Positions 1-12,049 are shown, counted from the first letter of the whole stretch. The stretch: 63,511 bases of DNA, filler included, from Sphacelaria rigidula (GCA_964200075.2; 7 parts of 7 records of this genome joined end to end with filler, not necessarily neighbours in it), one strand, 5' to 3'. Translations and numbers: made by a program. The notes: generated by a model from the sequence alone, not told the origin.

Positions 1-949
1 AAAAAAGAAAAAGAAAAAAAGAAGAGAAAAAAAAAAGAAAGAAAGGAAAAGAAGAGGGGGGGAAGGCGGAGGAGGGGGAAGAAAAAATGAAAATAGAAGA
101 GAAAGAAAGAAGAATCGTATCGTGAGGAGGAAAATAAGGAAGAAGAAAACTAAGAAACAAAATAATAAATAAATAACAAAACAAAAGAAGGGAAAATAAA
201 GAAGAATAAAAAGAGAAAAAGAAGAAAGAAAAAGAAGTTACGAGGAAAGTGGGGGCAAAAATCACCCAAGTGGCACGAAACATGTCAAAGATGTACCCAG
301 ACGGAAACTCGGAGACCGTTACTGTCATCACACAAGCCTAAACACTTTTACTTATCTGACGGACAACGGAGGTAGGTAGGTAGGTACTACGGTGTTTTGG
401 AAAGGGGACTCAATACTGCTCCCACCATGTCGATTCCATCCTCTTGTACGGCCTCCGACAGGAGGTCGAACAGCAGTCGCGTCCTGGCCTCGAGCACACT
501 CATGAGGAAAACAACAAAGCAAACTAAAACCTTGGAACAACGCCGCGAGTGGCAAATATATTCGCGCCTGACTGCGCCAGGACAGTCTTGAAATGCGGAG
601 GTCTGGCGCCAGCGTACCTGATCAAAAAGCGGGTACGGCGGCGACAAGTGATGGGAGGGGGGCAGGGTGATCAACGTTCTTGCTTCTTGTATTTCATATG
701 TACTGAATACATCCACTGCGGCAGACGTTATCGTCCGAGTTGTTTTTCACGTGCGAATGCTCTTCGAGCAAATAGAGATCCCTGACTATGTGGTTCGTCG
801 TTGAACATTTGATTTGGCCCTTGACGGTCTGAAGCCCCATGATTATTATTTTTTGGGGGGGGGGCTATGGATAGTTGTTCGAAAACGCCAGTCTACACTT
901 TTCGGCATATGGGGCGCACCAGCGAGGGTCACACAGCAGAGAAGGTCAC

Positions 950-1222
950 GCACCCGAATTTTTAGTCTATATTTCAACTTGGGCACCATCCTCCTCCCGC
1001 GGTGCTTGCGTTCTTCTTCATCACGAGAAGGGTCATGCGATCTCGTTCCCTCGACAAACGTGGCATCAAGTTTTGTGTACTCACGACATAGTCGCTCTCC
1101 ATTGTTGGGCATGACGTGAAAAAAAAAAACACATCTTGTAACTCCGCCGAGATTCGAACCCATGTCTAAACCGTTAGAAGATCTCGAGCTGCAACCAACT
1201 GAACAACTGGGGTGACCGGTTA
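950..1222 (-). mobile_element. tRNA-derived SINE copy
   Basis: The minus strand reads an A-box-like 'cagttgttcagttgg' and a B-box 'gggttcgaatctc', then a body 'catgcccaacaatggagagcgactatgtcgtgagtacacaaaac' clearly homologous to the copy at 55935-56220. The 3' boundary is approximate. Confidence 0.65.
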
Positions 1223-1981
1223 TATCAGAACAAAAAAAGGCCGTTCCTACACGCATGCCACGTGTCAAAACCCATCGTGCATGAGCCACGACCAGCAGTC
1301 CTTCAGTCATCACCCTAGTCGAATGACTACAGCGACAGCGCTATAGTAACCGTTGCCATGCCGGCCTCAGCACGTGTGGAGTTTACGCGGGTTCGTCGTC
1401 GAAATCTAAAATATATGGCTGATAGATTTTGGCTTTTTCAAACCCTAATCCTAGCCGCAACCCAAGGCATACGGAGAACCCTCGGGACAGGAGGGTACAC
1501 AATAGGGTGTCCGAGGCACAGCGTGCATTGGCAGACCTCAAATCGGCGCCTGCGGTGCCCATCTAGGCAGAAAGCAAAAATGCGTGCCGCGGACGCTGGG
1601 AGCATCAGTAATTTTTTTGTCCTGTGAAAATCTGAATCTTACGATGGTCGCAACCGTGGAAATTTGATCAACTCGCGCTTACTCTACCCTCTGTGGCTAA
1701 CCACAGCAAACTGGTGCACAAAAGGAAACCAGTAGATGTTACCGCTTGGTAGAACGACTATTTCATGGACGGTTCTACTTGATTTGAGTATGAAGACCAA
1801 ATTCGGATCTTTAGTGGTACTTGCAGTCCCAAGTGCCCCCAGCGTACGTAGAATGCGGTTTCGTCTAGATGGGCACCTGCGACGCCGATTTGAGGTATAT
1901 GAGCCCTACCAATGACACCCTCTGCCAAGGGCATATATTGCAGTCCCCTTGTCCGAGGGTTCTCGTGTGCCTTAGTTGTGG

Positions 1982-2014
1982 TAGGGTTAGGGTTAGGGTT
2001 AGGGTTAGGGTTAG
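1982..2014 (+). repeat. Interstitial telomere-type (TTAGGG)n tract, about 5 copies
   Basis: Seen directly: tagggttagggttagggttagggttagggttag. Confidence 0.9.
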
Positions 2015-2249
2015 TTTGATTCTTCCCGTACGAACCAATGGTGTGAAAGATCCGCGTACGGAGTTTTCCGCATGAATAACGAATGTAAAATACGTAGCTT
2101 TATGCATGTCGTACGGAAGGTGAAAAAAATGTACGGATCGGACGAATATAATCGGGTTTCGACTCAAATTCGACGTTTGTACCTATCAATTGTACGATTC
2201 GTACATAAGTTGTGATTCGTGCATGTATGGGGTTCGTGATTCGTGAATA

Positions 2250-4260
2250 CACAGACGAATGTACATGTTTCCCACCTTCCACTCGTATGGTGTGAATTAT
2301 AGGCACAAGCTTCCTTTTTTCCGTTCATGCAGCATGAATCATAGGAACACGTTCCCCGCCTTCCATTCATGACGCCATGAATCATGGATCTATATTTCTC
2401 CCCTTCCATCCATGCAGCATTGATCATAGATACATGCTCCCCACCTCCCATTCATACGAGGAGAATTAACTGTACATGTTTCCCAGTTTCCGTTCATGCA
2501 GCATGAATCATTTGTCCATGTTTCCCACTTTGTATCTATGCAGCATGAGTCATACGCACATGTTCTCCACCGTGTGTTTACATGACAACTCATGAGAACG
2601 TGTTGTCTCTCACCTGTCATTTCTAGAGCGCGACTCTTCGGTGGAGCGGCATTTTTGCAGGTGGGGTAGGCAAGCAAGAGCGTACAGGCGCGAAGCCCTT
2701 GAGGGCCAAATCTCCAATACAAAATCTCCAATAAACTCAACTTCAAACGTCGTACTCGCACGTAACTCAACACATTAAATATAGTACAACACACGCGCCT
2801 GCGTGCCGAGAGCGGTTCTTCTAGCCATGAATTTGCCCGAGCTATGCTATTGACAGCCTTCGTGATTTCATTTATTTGTGGTTTTATGCCGTGTTCCATG
2901 GTACAGTTGACCTGAATACACGGTACTCAATACCACGAACACCTGCGTAGAAGGCATTGCCAGCACAAGTCGTCTCGCGTGTTCGCGGGACTTTTCGGGA
3001 AACCTTCGGCAGCGTATACTGTATTCCGTAGACAGTACGGTACAGCATAGCACAGCACGCATCTGCACACCTAGAGTGATTTTTGCAGCTGTTTATTTCC
3101 CCGAGCTATATATACCGAATATGTATAACAGAACGAAGACTGCATCAGACAGCACCAGTACTGCAAGAGTCGTGCCCGTATGCTCGCGTGAGTTTCCGGG
3201 AACATCGGCAGCGCCCACTGCAATCAGCGGACAGTACAGTAAGTAGAACAGTGTCGCACAGCACAGCATAGCACTGTACAATCTGTGAAGCGGACAGCAG
3301 ACATCAGTAGTACGAAACCTTCCATGTATATGGCATGAATCATAGCTGTACACTGCATTCCCCCCCCTTGACTCATGCAGCATGAATCACGTAATTCATA
3401 CACACGTTTTTCACCTTGTATTCGTGTAGCATGAATCATTGGTACATATTTCCTACCTTCAACTCATACGCGGTGAATAGAGCGCACATGCATCTCCCCT
3501 TCATTCATGCAGCATGAATTATAGATACATATTCCCCACCTTCCATTCGTACGAGGTGAATCAAGCGTACATGTTTTCCAATTTCCATTCATGTAGCATG
3601 AACAAGACGTACATGTTCTCTGCCTTCCATGCATACGAGGTGAATCAAGCGTAAATATTTTCCTATTTTCATTTATGCACCGTGAATCATATGCACATAT
3701 TCCCCACCTTCGATTAATACGAGATGAATCAAGTGCACATTTCAACTTTCCACTAATGATTCACACAGGAGTTGTGACTCGTATAACTTTTGCACTCATG
3801 ATTCGTGTAACGCAACTTGAAGAGTAAACATTCCCAGCTCGTGACTCGTGCGGTATGACCTTGAACGTACAACGTTAACGTTAACCATCCGTGATGCATA
3901 CCAGATGACTTTTTGGTACATGATTCCCATTGAACTCTCATAGGAATTCCACCCGTATGAACTCTGATGCGTCGGAACCGTAGAAAAAGGTATGTGTGAT
4001 GAATGCAATACCGTATTCATGACGGGTTGGGAAAGATGCACGCTTGATGCATGCAGGACGATTGACAGGCGGAAAAAATGTACGTATGATTATGCAGTAG
4101 GAATCACGGCTGGTAAAAATATACGTATGATGTATGATCCATACCGTACGAACGCACGAACGGCGGGTGGGGGAAATGTGCGAAAAGGGCGTGCTGTATC
4201 AATCAAAGATGGGAAGAGTATTCGTTCGACGTCAGATGGGAAGAGTGTTCGTTCGAAGTA
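2250..4260. repeat. Degenerate ~42-bp minisatellite blocks (2250-2580 and 3320-3750 forward; ~3990-4260 reverse), probably part of a non-autonomous DNA element
   Basis: Consecutive 42-43 nt units such as ccgttcatgcagcatgaatcataggaacacgttccccgcctt, ccatccatgcagcattgatcatagatacatgctccccacctc and ccgttcatgcagcatgaatcatttgtccatgtttcccacttt. The reverse block is more diverged. Confidence 0.75.
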
Positions 4261-4464
4261 CTCAGTAGTGTCGCACGAACCATAAGTTAGATCAAACATA
4301 CACCAAGTATGACCCACAGTTCTCATACGAATTACCTCATTATTGACCCGTGCAAAAATTGTATATGGGCGATTCATGATACAAGAGAGGATTCTGACAA
4401 ATGAGGTTGAATACTACAATGAGGTTCAACTTCACGACAACAGTGGTTTACCTCGCCTAAAGTC

Positions 4465-4730
4465 ATGACGAATGACTCTCATATGCACGGCCTAATGCCC
4501 CCCGACCTTCCTGAAACTAGTTTAGGGGGTTTCCGGCCTTTCGTTCCCCCAAAAATCAAGTGCGAAAGCATCATTTTCGGGCTAAAAAGCGTCCCTGTCT
4601 TTAGCGTCAAATCTAGGCAAAACTATGTTTTCGCATATACCCTTTCGGGAACGGAAGACGGGAAACGTTCCGAACTAGTTTCAAGGAGGTCGGAGGGCAT
4701 GAGGCCGTCGACATGAAAGTGATTTTTCAT
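4465..4730. mobile_element. MITE-like element with ~60-bp imperfect terminal inverted repeats
   Basis: catatgcacggcctaatgccccccgaccttcctgaaactagttt (~4480-4523) matches the reverse complement of aactagtttcaaggaggtcggagggcatgaggccgtcgacatg (~4673-4715). Confidence 0.7.
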
Positions 4731-5624
4731 GAGTTCAGGTCAGGGAAGGCATTGTTTTGGAGTCGAACCTCATTTTATGTTCAGCGCCACTCTCAGAATT
4801 CTCTCTTATTCATATTGTCTGCCTGTGACCGACCCCCCCACAGCAACCCAAAACCCAATCAAGTCAGGAGTATTCAGCACTTGGTAGGTGGAAGTTGGCC
4901 CACTTGGTTTGAGAGTGGACACCAAAGTCCGGATCTTTAATCTGTGATGGGGCTGTGCTCCAATAATAGCGTGCGCCGAAAGCGCTGGTGTCTACGGCGT
5001 TGATTCGAGGTCTGGCAACGCGCACATTACCGAGGGAACACTTTGCACCCCTCTTGCCTGAGGGTTCTCGGTATTCCTTCTTTGGATGAGGGCTAGGGTT
5101 TGGGTAAGCGTTAGAGTTATTCAAAATGATGAATTTCCGAGAAGGCTCTTCCCCCTACCAAGTGGTAAATGAACTCACCCAACCTTACCATCAGACCCGT
5201 TCATAAAAAAAGCCCCGAGCCAACCAAAAATCAGACTCCCTCGAAAATAATGTGCCTTCCATCTTTACATGTGATGTAGGTCTATCCCATTTATTCACGT
5301 CTTCTCACGGGTGACATCTTCGTGGTGTATGCATGATGAGTACACGTGCTGGTGGCATGACCATTGCATTGATTTGGTTGCACTGTGACGGCCAATGTGA
5401 CACTGCTCGTACGTCATGCACCATACAGGTTGCACGCGGCGTATGCCTACGCCTGGTATGTTGGATGGCTCGTGCACCCGTGGAGAATTGGTGAGAGGGG
5501 TTGTTAATGCAGTACAGCCAGTTGGTTGTGGCCAGTGAAGAGAGTGAGAGAGGGGGGTGCGCGCAGCTCTACCCTCATCACGTGAACACCTACGTAAGCA
5601 TACCCGTGCCCCCGTCAACGGTAC

Positions 5625-5790
5625 GTGAGGCTTACAGAACTCACAGAACTATCGGGTACGGGTATGAAAGTCTTCCAGACTTTATAGAACTGTCGGGTAC
5701 CGGTATGAAAGTGTCGGGTACGGTAAATACCTGGAAAAATATCCCGGGTATTCAGAAAATTATACCCTACAGAACACAACCTCGGAAACT
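5625..5790 (+). repeat. Short degenerate tandem repeat (cagaact...cgggtacgggtatgaaagt units)
   Basis: 2-3 recurrences of agaactNtcgggtacNggtatgaaagt. Confidence 0.55.
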
Positions 5791-7225
5791 ATTATTTCGA
5801 TCACTCTCTCCAAGCCCGTCCCACCGTACAACTGGGGGACCTGGACAATCGATGGGTCACCTCAATAAGGACTCCTGTGTCGTAAGGACGAATCGAAAAT
5901 CTGGTGCTGGGTAACTGACACGAGGCAAAAAATTGAGCTGTGGCGGGACCGCGCACCGTGTTGTTCACCATGTCATTCAAGAAATATCTAGGCTAAACGA
6001 CTTGTCCCACAGGGTGGTATTCCCCGTCACTAAAGAGTGTAGGCAGCAGATCTACGGTACGAGTACCGTAGTTTGACGCCGAACCGTTTGTTCTTGTCTG
6101 CGGGTGAAAGTACGTAACTGTATTATGGTTCAAATCCGCGTGAGATAAGCAGCGCGCCCTGCCGAGCCTAAAGAGAATTTGGATAAATTCAGATTACCAA
6201 ACAATGCGATGATCACGACGCTTATATGCTTGCGCGGGGCCGAGGACAGCCCAGCACGGCCGAGTCACGCACATACCTCGTCGTTATGAACGTTAAACAT
6301 GCCCGTGGCTGGGGCAAGCACAGTATTCACCGTTGTTACCGTCCACACCTGCAAGCCATGTTCATCTACTTCGATTTCCTCGAACCGTGCGAGGACCGCA
6401 CCGCCGATCATCAACTTACTGAAATGATTACGTCGATATAGTTCGATGTGACGCACCTGCTGGGAGTGCAGCGTCTTCCTTGTCGAGGAAGCCGAGGTTT
6501 GAAAACCTGCTGCTGTTAGATTATTTGGGTTTGCAGTGTAGGCAGAACCAAAACTCGTATCCGGCAATGCCCCTTCGACCATTCGACAGTCTCGCCGGAA
6601 AGTGGAGATCAGCCGACGCCTCCGACGAGTTGATGTCATATATTGACCGGCGAATTTCAGTGGAGTGTCGTCACAAATTCACACAGATTATTTAGCTGTT
6701 GGGCGACAGGGAACGCGGGTCAAACAAACAACTAAATATTTATAACCCTGCTACATACGACGATGGGCTACAGCCACTACAAACCATACGACTTTCGGTT
6801 CAGCTCCTGTTCCGAGAGTCACAAACCAACAAGGCAGTTTTTGGTTGGTGACACCCATCATGCGTTCAGAACAACTAACTAACTGTACTTCGCCCTTCAT
6901 TACGTATCGAGATTGTTTTTCGGGAACCTCTGAATTTTCGAACAGTCCAGACATATCGGACTCTGTCTTCGGGGTTACCAAACCAAGCGGCTTGATTTTC
7001 TCTGAACCTCCGCTTTTGGTGCACTTTGACTATTCAGGGCTGCAACCCAGCACTTCGGAGAGCTGCCCAGCGTGTACGGCGCGGCGCTCTCACGGGCTTT
7101 TGAACGTCATCAAATTTCGACAATTAATTTCGGAAACGTCCGAAACAACATTGTCGATAATTTTGGGATATTTTGGTATTTTGAAGGCTGGACCACGGTT
7201 TCGACCCAAAATATGCAGGGAGGGA

Positions 7226-7946
7226 TACGTGACACGTGAACGTGAACGTGACGTGAATCATGTTCGTAAAATTTAACGTAACGCGTGACACGTGACGCGT
7301 GTCACGTTTGGAGAATTTAACGTAACGTTAACGTGACGTTAATCACGTTGAAATTTTTTAACGTGACGCATTGATACATGTAACGTAATATGTAACGTGA
7401 CATTGCCACGTGTCTCGTTCGAATGTAACGTTTCAGTTTCGTTTTCTTGGGTGCGTCTATCATGAGACCACGGCTGTAGCCCTGGGGGTCAGTTGAAGTG
7501 CGACAATCAATCAATCAATCAAATCAAAATAATACATCATCATAATAAACACGTTACATGAAGCGGTGAACACTTCAAATCTGCACCGAATTTTGAAACG
7601 CCCCACAACAAGCAAACAAAAGAAAAAAAGAAAAAAAATGAAAAAGGGATCGAACAGAACGACGTAGCAGACCAAGTATGTAAGTCGTGACAAAAAAAAT
7701 AAAAAGTCAACACAAGCAAAGCACAGAAAGAAATGGCCGACCTAAGGCCGCTTCTTATATTAGACTAAGACAAAAATAAAAATCTGGAAAAGTGCCTTTT
7801 CGAGCTTTTACATCGTTTTATCCCCCAGTAGACAGCTAGGCGGAGTTTGACGTGTGTGTAACGTTTCATGTCACGTGTCACGTATAATATAATATATGAC
7901 ACGTGAGTTATACGTGACACGTGACATGAAACGTTACATATTACGT

Positions 7947-7950
<4 letters not shown>
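7226..7950. repeat. ACGT-core motif clusters (gtgacacgtga / taacgt) at 7226-7435 and 7850-7950
   Basis: Dense recurrence of acgtgac, taacgt and cacgtg motifs, followed by a (TA)n tract at ~7950-7992. Confidence 0.65.
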
Positions 7951-7987
<37 letters not shown>

Positions 7988-8094
7988 ATATGTCTTCCAT
8001 CGTTTCATTGAATTTTATGTTTTTTGCTTCGTACTTTCCTCTTGTTTTCTTTTTTCTTGTTTTAGGCCGCTCCTTATTATAATGGACAAAAAAC

Positions 8095-8560
8095 ACCCTA
8101 TTCGTGAGATTCAGAGCGTAGTTTCAGATTCAGAGTGGATGCTCTAGCGTTCTCAACAGGCAACTTTTCTCTTGATTTTTTGCTTGAGCACACGTGCTGT
8201 GCATGCAGCTACCGTACTGTACCCCATTCGAGGAATTCGGCGGTCTGTTTGGTGAGATACCGCACGAAGCATTTTACGCCTGGAGGGTCATTTCGGAACT
8301 GAAACTAAACTGTTTCAGGCACTAATCGATTTTTTTTTCCTGAAAGAGGGGATCTTTTGTTGCAGTGGACGGACTATGCCGTTGCGATCAAGCGATGTGT
8401 CATATTGATCGTGTAGATGACAGCTTTCATTGAAGCCACCGCTTCACCACCTGGGCGCATTACTCCTCGAACTGTGGCCATGTCAAAATCGACGGGAGAA
8501 TCAATTATTTCGGGTCTCACTCTGAATCTGAAACTACGCTCTGAATCTCACGAATATGGT
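8095..8560. mobile_element. MITE with 43-bp terminal inverted repeats
   Basis: accctattcgtgagattcagagcgtagtttcagattcagagtg (8095-8137) is the reverse complement of 8518-8560 with one mismatch. No coding capacity. Confidence 0.85.
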
Positions 8561-8564
8561 TATA

Positions 8565-8650
8565 ATTAGCTACCAGTAGGTGAAGAAATGGAACCATATT
8601 TCGAATATTTAGTGTGGATACGAAGATTTTAATCCTCCGGGTTCTCATCT
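8565..8650 (+). mobile_element. Partial copy of the foldback MITE seen intact at 27918-28361
   Basis: tagctaccagtaggtgaagaaatggaaccatatttcgaatattt...gattttaatcctccggg nearly matches 28237-28320 and 18339-18420. Confidence 0.8.
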
Positions 8651-8989
8651 TCAATGAAAAGCACCATCCTCAACATAGATGATTGGCTGTTATATGGTGT
8701 TAAATCAAGAATCTGGAAAAAAAGTGCTTTTTGGAGCTTCCACGCCCTTTTACGCGCCAAAAGAGAGCGAGGCGAAGGTTTTACACCTTGGAATGATTTG
8801 CTCTACTAGTTGAGGCGGTTCCAGGACATTTTCTCGTTTTCCGGTGGCCGCAGTTTTCATTTCGGCCAGAAAATAATTTTTGTCGAAGAACGGTGGAAAA
8901 CCGTCAAATCTATCTAGAAAAAATCCCCACTTTTCTCCGGAAACAGCCAATCATCTATAATAACAGTGTTTTCGTGAGATTGAGAGTAG

Positions 8990-9089
8990 NNNNNNNNNNN
9001 NNNNNNNNNNNNNNNNNNNNNNNNNNNNNNNNNTTAATTAATTAANNNNNNNNNNNNNNNNNNNNNNNNNNNNNNNNNNNNNNNNNNNN
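8990..9089. other. Artificial contig linker (44 N + TTAATTAATTAA + 44 N)
   Basis: 100-nt cassette with stops in all six frames, repeated at near-constant spacing. Confidence 0.97.
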
Positions 9090-9195
9090 AATTCCCAGCT
9101 TCTCGTCGTGCTCGGCTTTTCTCATTTTGATTTCCGTCAAGATTTTGCCTCCCCAAACCATGTACTTTGATGGGGGGGGGTATCGTAGAAAGCGT
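9090..9195 (-). mobile_element. Short gag-like fragment homologous to the ORF at 45439-47161
   Basis: gatttccgtcaagattttgcctccccaaaccatgtactttgatggggggggtatcgtagaaagcgtc closely matches gatttacgtgaagattttgcctcccaaaaccatgcacgttttggggggtgctatcgtagaaagtgtc at 45439-45505. Confidence 0.75.
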
Positions 9196-11073
9196 CTTCT
9201 GCACGAATGCCATTCACAGGCCTCGACTCATTTAGTAGCCATTAGGGCCTCCCAGATGTTGGAACGTTCTTATGGGTGGATTTGTATGGACCAGTGTTGT
9301 TGTTGGTGGGTGAGGCGTTGTCTTTTGTGTCAGGCGCGAAAAACGTCTCGTCAAACAGTTCGTTGGCCGATTGTTTCCATACCACTCCCAAACGGACCTG
9401 GTGAAGTAGTTTCGTGGGACTATTTTGGTCCTTTGCCCCTGACGGATAGTGGGAATAAGTATATTTTGTTGTTTACGGATATATTTAGTCGACATGCGGT
9501 GATGTACGCTGTCCCCGCCAGTAGCTATAACGCGGAAGGTACCGCCAACATTCTTGTATACATGTACATCCCACAGTGGGGTATGCCCAAACGCTTACTG
9601 TCTGACAACGGCCCGCATTTTTCTGGCAAACTTTCAGCCGCCGTCAGTGACCTTTTGGGTGCCCATCGCATTTTTACTAGTTCATATCACCCTTCCACCA
9701 ATGGTGGAACGGAACGAGTGAACCATACGATGGCACAGATGCTTGATGCTGTAGTAAATGAGAGACAGATGGACTGTGACCTGCACCTGCCCGTTGTCCA
9801 AATGTGCTACAACAATTCAGTCAATGCCGCTACGGGATTGTCGCCGAATGAAATTCATATTGGACGCATGCCTAGGTTAGCTTTAACGGTATTCGAACGC
9901 AAAAATATAGGCGGACATCAGAGTCGAGATCGTGATATTGTAGAGTATCATTTGTCGGTTAGCAATCGTCTTCGTCTTGCATATGAAGTGGTACGAGAAC
10001 AGAACTAAATCAATTTGGCCAAGTTTGCCAGGGCGAACTCGATGTTGGATGATGTGGTACATAACCGCCCGGTGTGGAAGGTAGGCCAATGGGTATGGGT
10101 GTCAAACGATGTGAAGACCATTAATCAAGAGGCTAGCTCGAAATCATCATCTTTGGACAAAGTGTTGAAGGCGAAACTATCCTTGAATTGGACTGGTCCT
10201 TGGGAAACTTTAGCTGTTGGTCCAAGCGCTACCGCACCCGACAAGAGTACGGTGGGAGCGAAACTTTCGCATTTAGATTTTCCCACGAATGAACCTGGTT
10301 TGAAACCGAAAAATCGCGTCTCGATGTTACGATGCAAACCGTGTATCCCCCCTGATGACTCCTCTTACATACCCAAACAACTGCCGCTAGGGCTCAGCTA
10401 GTATGTGCTGACCAAGTATGCGATCAAAACTCCGCCGTATGACATGACGGTCGAGGATGCGGACGCATCCCTGGAACGCGTTGAGGTAGATAGGATTTCG
10501 GGCCACCAACTGGTTCGCGGTCGTGGAGGTAAGATAGAGGTTATGTATCAAACACATTGGAAGGGTATCATGCGTGTTACATTGGAGCGTGAAGTTGATT
10601 TGCGTCATTTTCGTCGGGAGATATTGCTGTACTGGGTAGGAGATACCGTCCAGCACCGCCCGTTGAATAAGAGATATCGGTCGATGCGCAAGAAAGCTGC
10701 CGCTCGGGAACTGGCACGTGAACACTCAGCGCGGTTTGTTGTGACAGGATATAGCCTTCTTTCGCGTTCGCAATACATACAGTCTATTCACGGAAAACGC
10801 TTACCGAAGGGGGCGCACTTTTGGAAGAAGGTCTTGGATTCACTGTGGTGGTTGGGTAAAATTCATTTGGTCGATCCTGCATCTGACCACTCCTACTTTA
10901 TCCGTTTCCTTGATGACCCGAGCCCCCTCAAGATTCGCTTGGATGATGCGTACTACACCGAGGTGCCGACCGCTCGGAGGGGATCCTGGTGCCTCCAACG
11001 ACACGACCAAGGCGATCTCGACACAGCCGTTCTACGGAACACGGACACCGCTTGGGGTGCAGATGACTCATGA
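9196..11073 (+). pseudogene. pol: Ty3/Gypsy pol C-terminal part: integrase (HHCC, DDE, GPY/F) + chromodomain + PWWP-like extension; two in-frame stops
   Basis: One reading frame interrupted by stops at 10006-10008 and 10399-10401. Zn finger: CH..STH...CLLCQARK. Catalytic motifs: VSWDYFGPLP, SDNGPHF, NGGTERVN. GPY/F module: KLSLNWTGPW. Chromo-like: VEVDRI...YQTHWKG...TLEREVDL (10480-10635). Confidence 0.92.
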
Positions 11074-11464
11074 TGCCGCATCCGAGTCTGCTTCCCCATT
11101 CACCTTGCGTAGTGTACCACGTTCGAGTCGCTTGTCTTGTGCCGTAGCGTCGTTGAAAAACCATGTGTCCCCCCCCCCCCCTTCATTTTGTTTTCGTACT
11201 GATTAGCCCCGTACTTCTAATGGTTGATGTTGTGTTTTATATTTGGTATTTCGTCTTTTTTTTGTATTTTGTATTTTTTCTTGTGCTATGTTATGTTTTT
11301 TGTTGCTTTGGACCCTAATTTTGTGTTTCGGTTTTCTTTGCCTTTGCGTCATTTTGTTTTGTTTTGTTTTTATCTTTGTTTTTTGTTTGTTTTTCTTCTC
11401 TTCTTTTCTTCTCTTTTCGCCTCGTGCTTCGTGTTCGACTTTTTTTTGTGTTCAACGGGAGGTT

Positions 11465-11835
11465 TGTCCAGAAAGAAGGAAACCGTCGTTTATTGCAAAC
11501 ATCGATTTGGCCAAAGAGGCGTCTATTTGTTCAGCCGCTCTTTTAGGGTCACGGAGGAACAGTCAAATAGTCAGCCTCCTTTTTATTATTTCAGTCGCTG
11601 TTCGAGGTTCACGGTGGAACAATTGAATAGTCAGCCCCAAGCGTTCACTCTGCGGGAAAGTCCACGGAGTGTCAAAACAAGGAGACGCAAATCAGCGTAG
11701 GTTGGAGACACAAAAGGTGGACAGAGAGAGCATAGAAGGAGTTGGGCTAGTTCGACAGGAGCCAGCAAGTTTTATCGATTAGGTGCGCCTTTTGATCGGT
11801 TAGGTGCGCAAGCTAACAAGTTTTATCGATTAGGT
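11465..11835 (+). mobile_element. Putative 3' LTR of the upstream Gypsy element (end uncertain)
   Basis: After a T-rich 3' UTR and purine-rich 'gggaggtt' the sequence starts TGTCCA. Candidate ends are TGGACA (11718-11723) or GACA (11757). Internal short direct repeats are present. No partner LTR in the contig. Confidence 0.4.
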
Positions 11836-12049
11836 GTGAAGGAGGCGGGGCTGCGCAGGGGGCCCAGTTTCCGGGCGTGGCGCGTGGGCATCTACGCGCT
11901 TGAAAAGGCGGAAGGCGGCGGGGCTGCGCAGTGCGCAGCTTCCTGGCGTGGAGCTATCACATATACCGGTATGTCTGGTCACTGTGGTATATCTGTACGC
12001 ACTGTGAAACAGATTGCCAGCTATTGGGGAGCAGATACTGTCGAAAGTA

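Noticed and set aside
1140-1222. Functional tRNA gene (also 56150-56220, 63170-63250, 37615-37640)
   Set aside because: Box motifs are present but no complete cloverleaf. Two of them continue into a shared SINE body.
6265-6700. Minus-strand exon or BED-finger-like remnant (EFWFCLHCKPK)
   Set aside because: Stops in the candidate frame and no convincing motif set.
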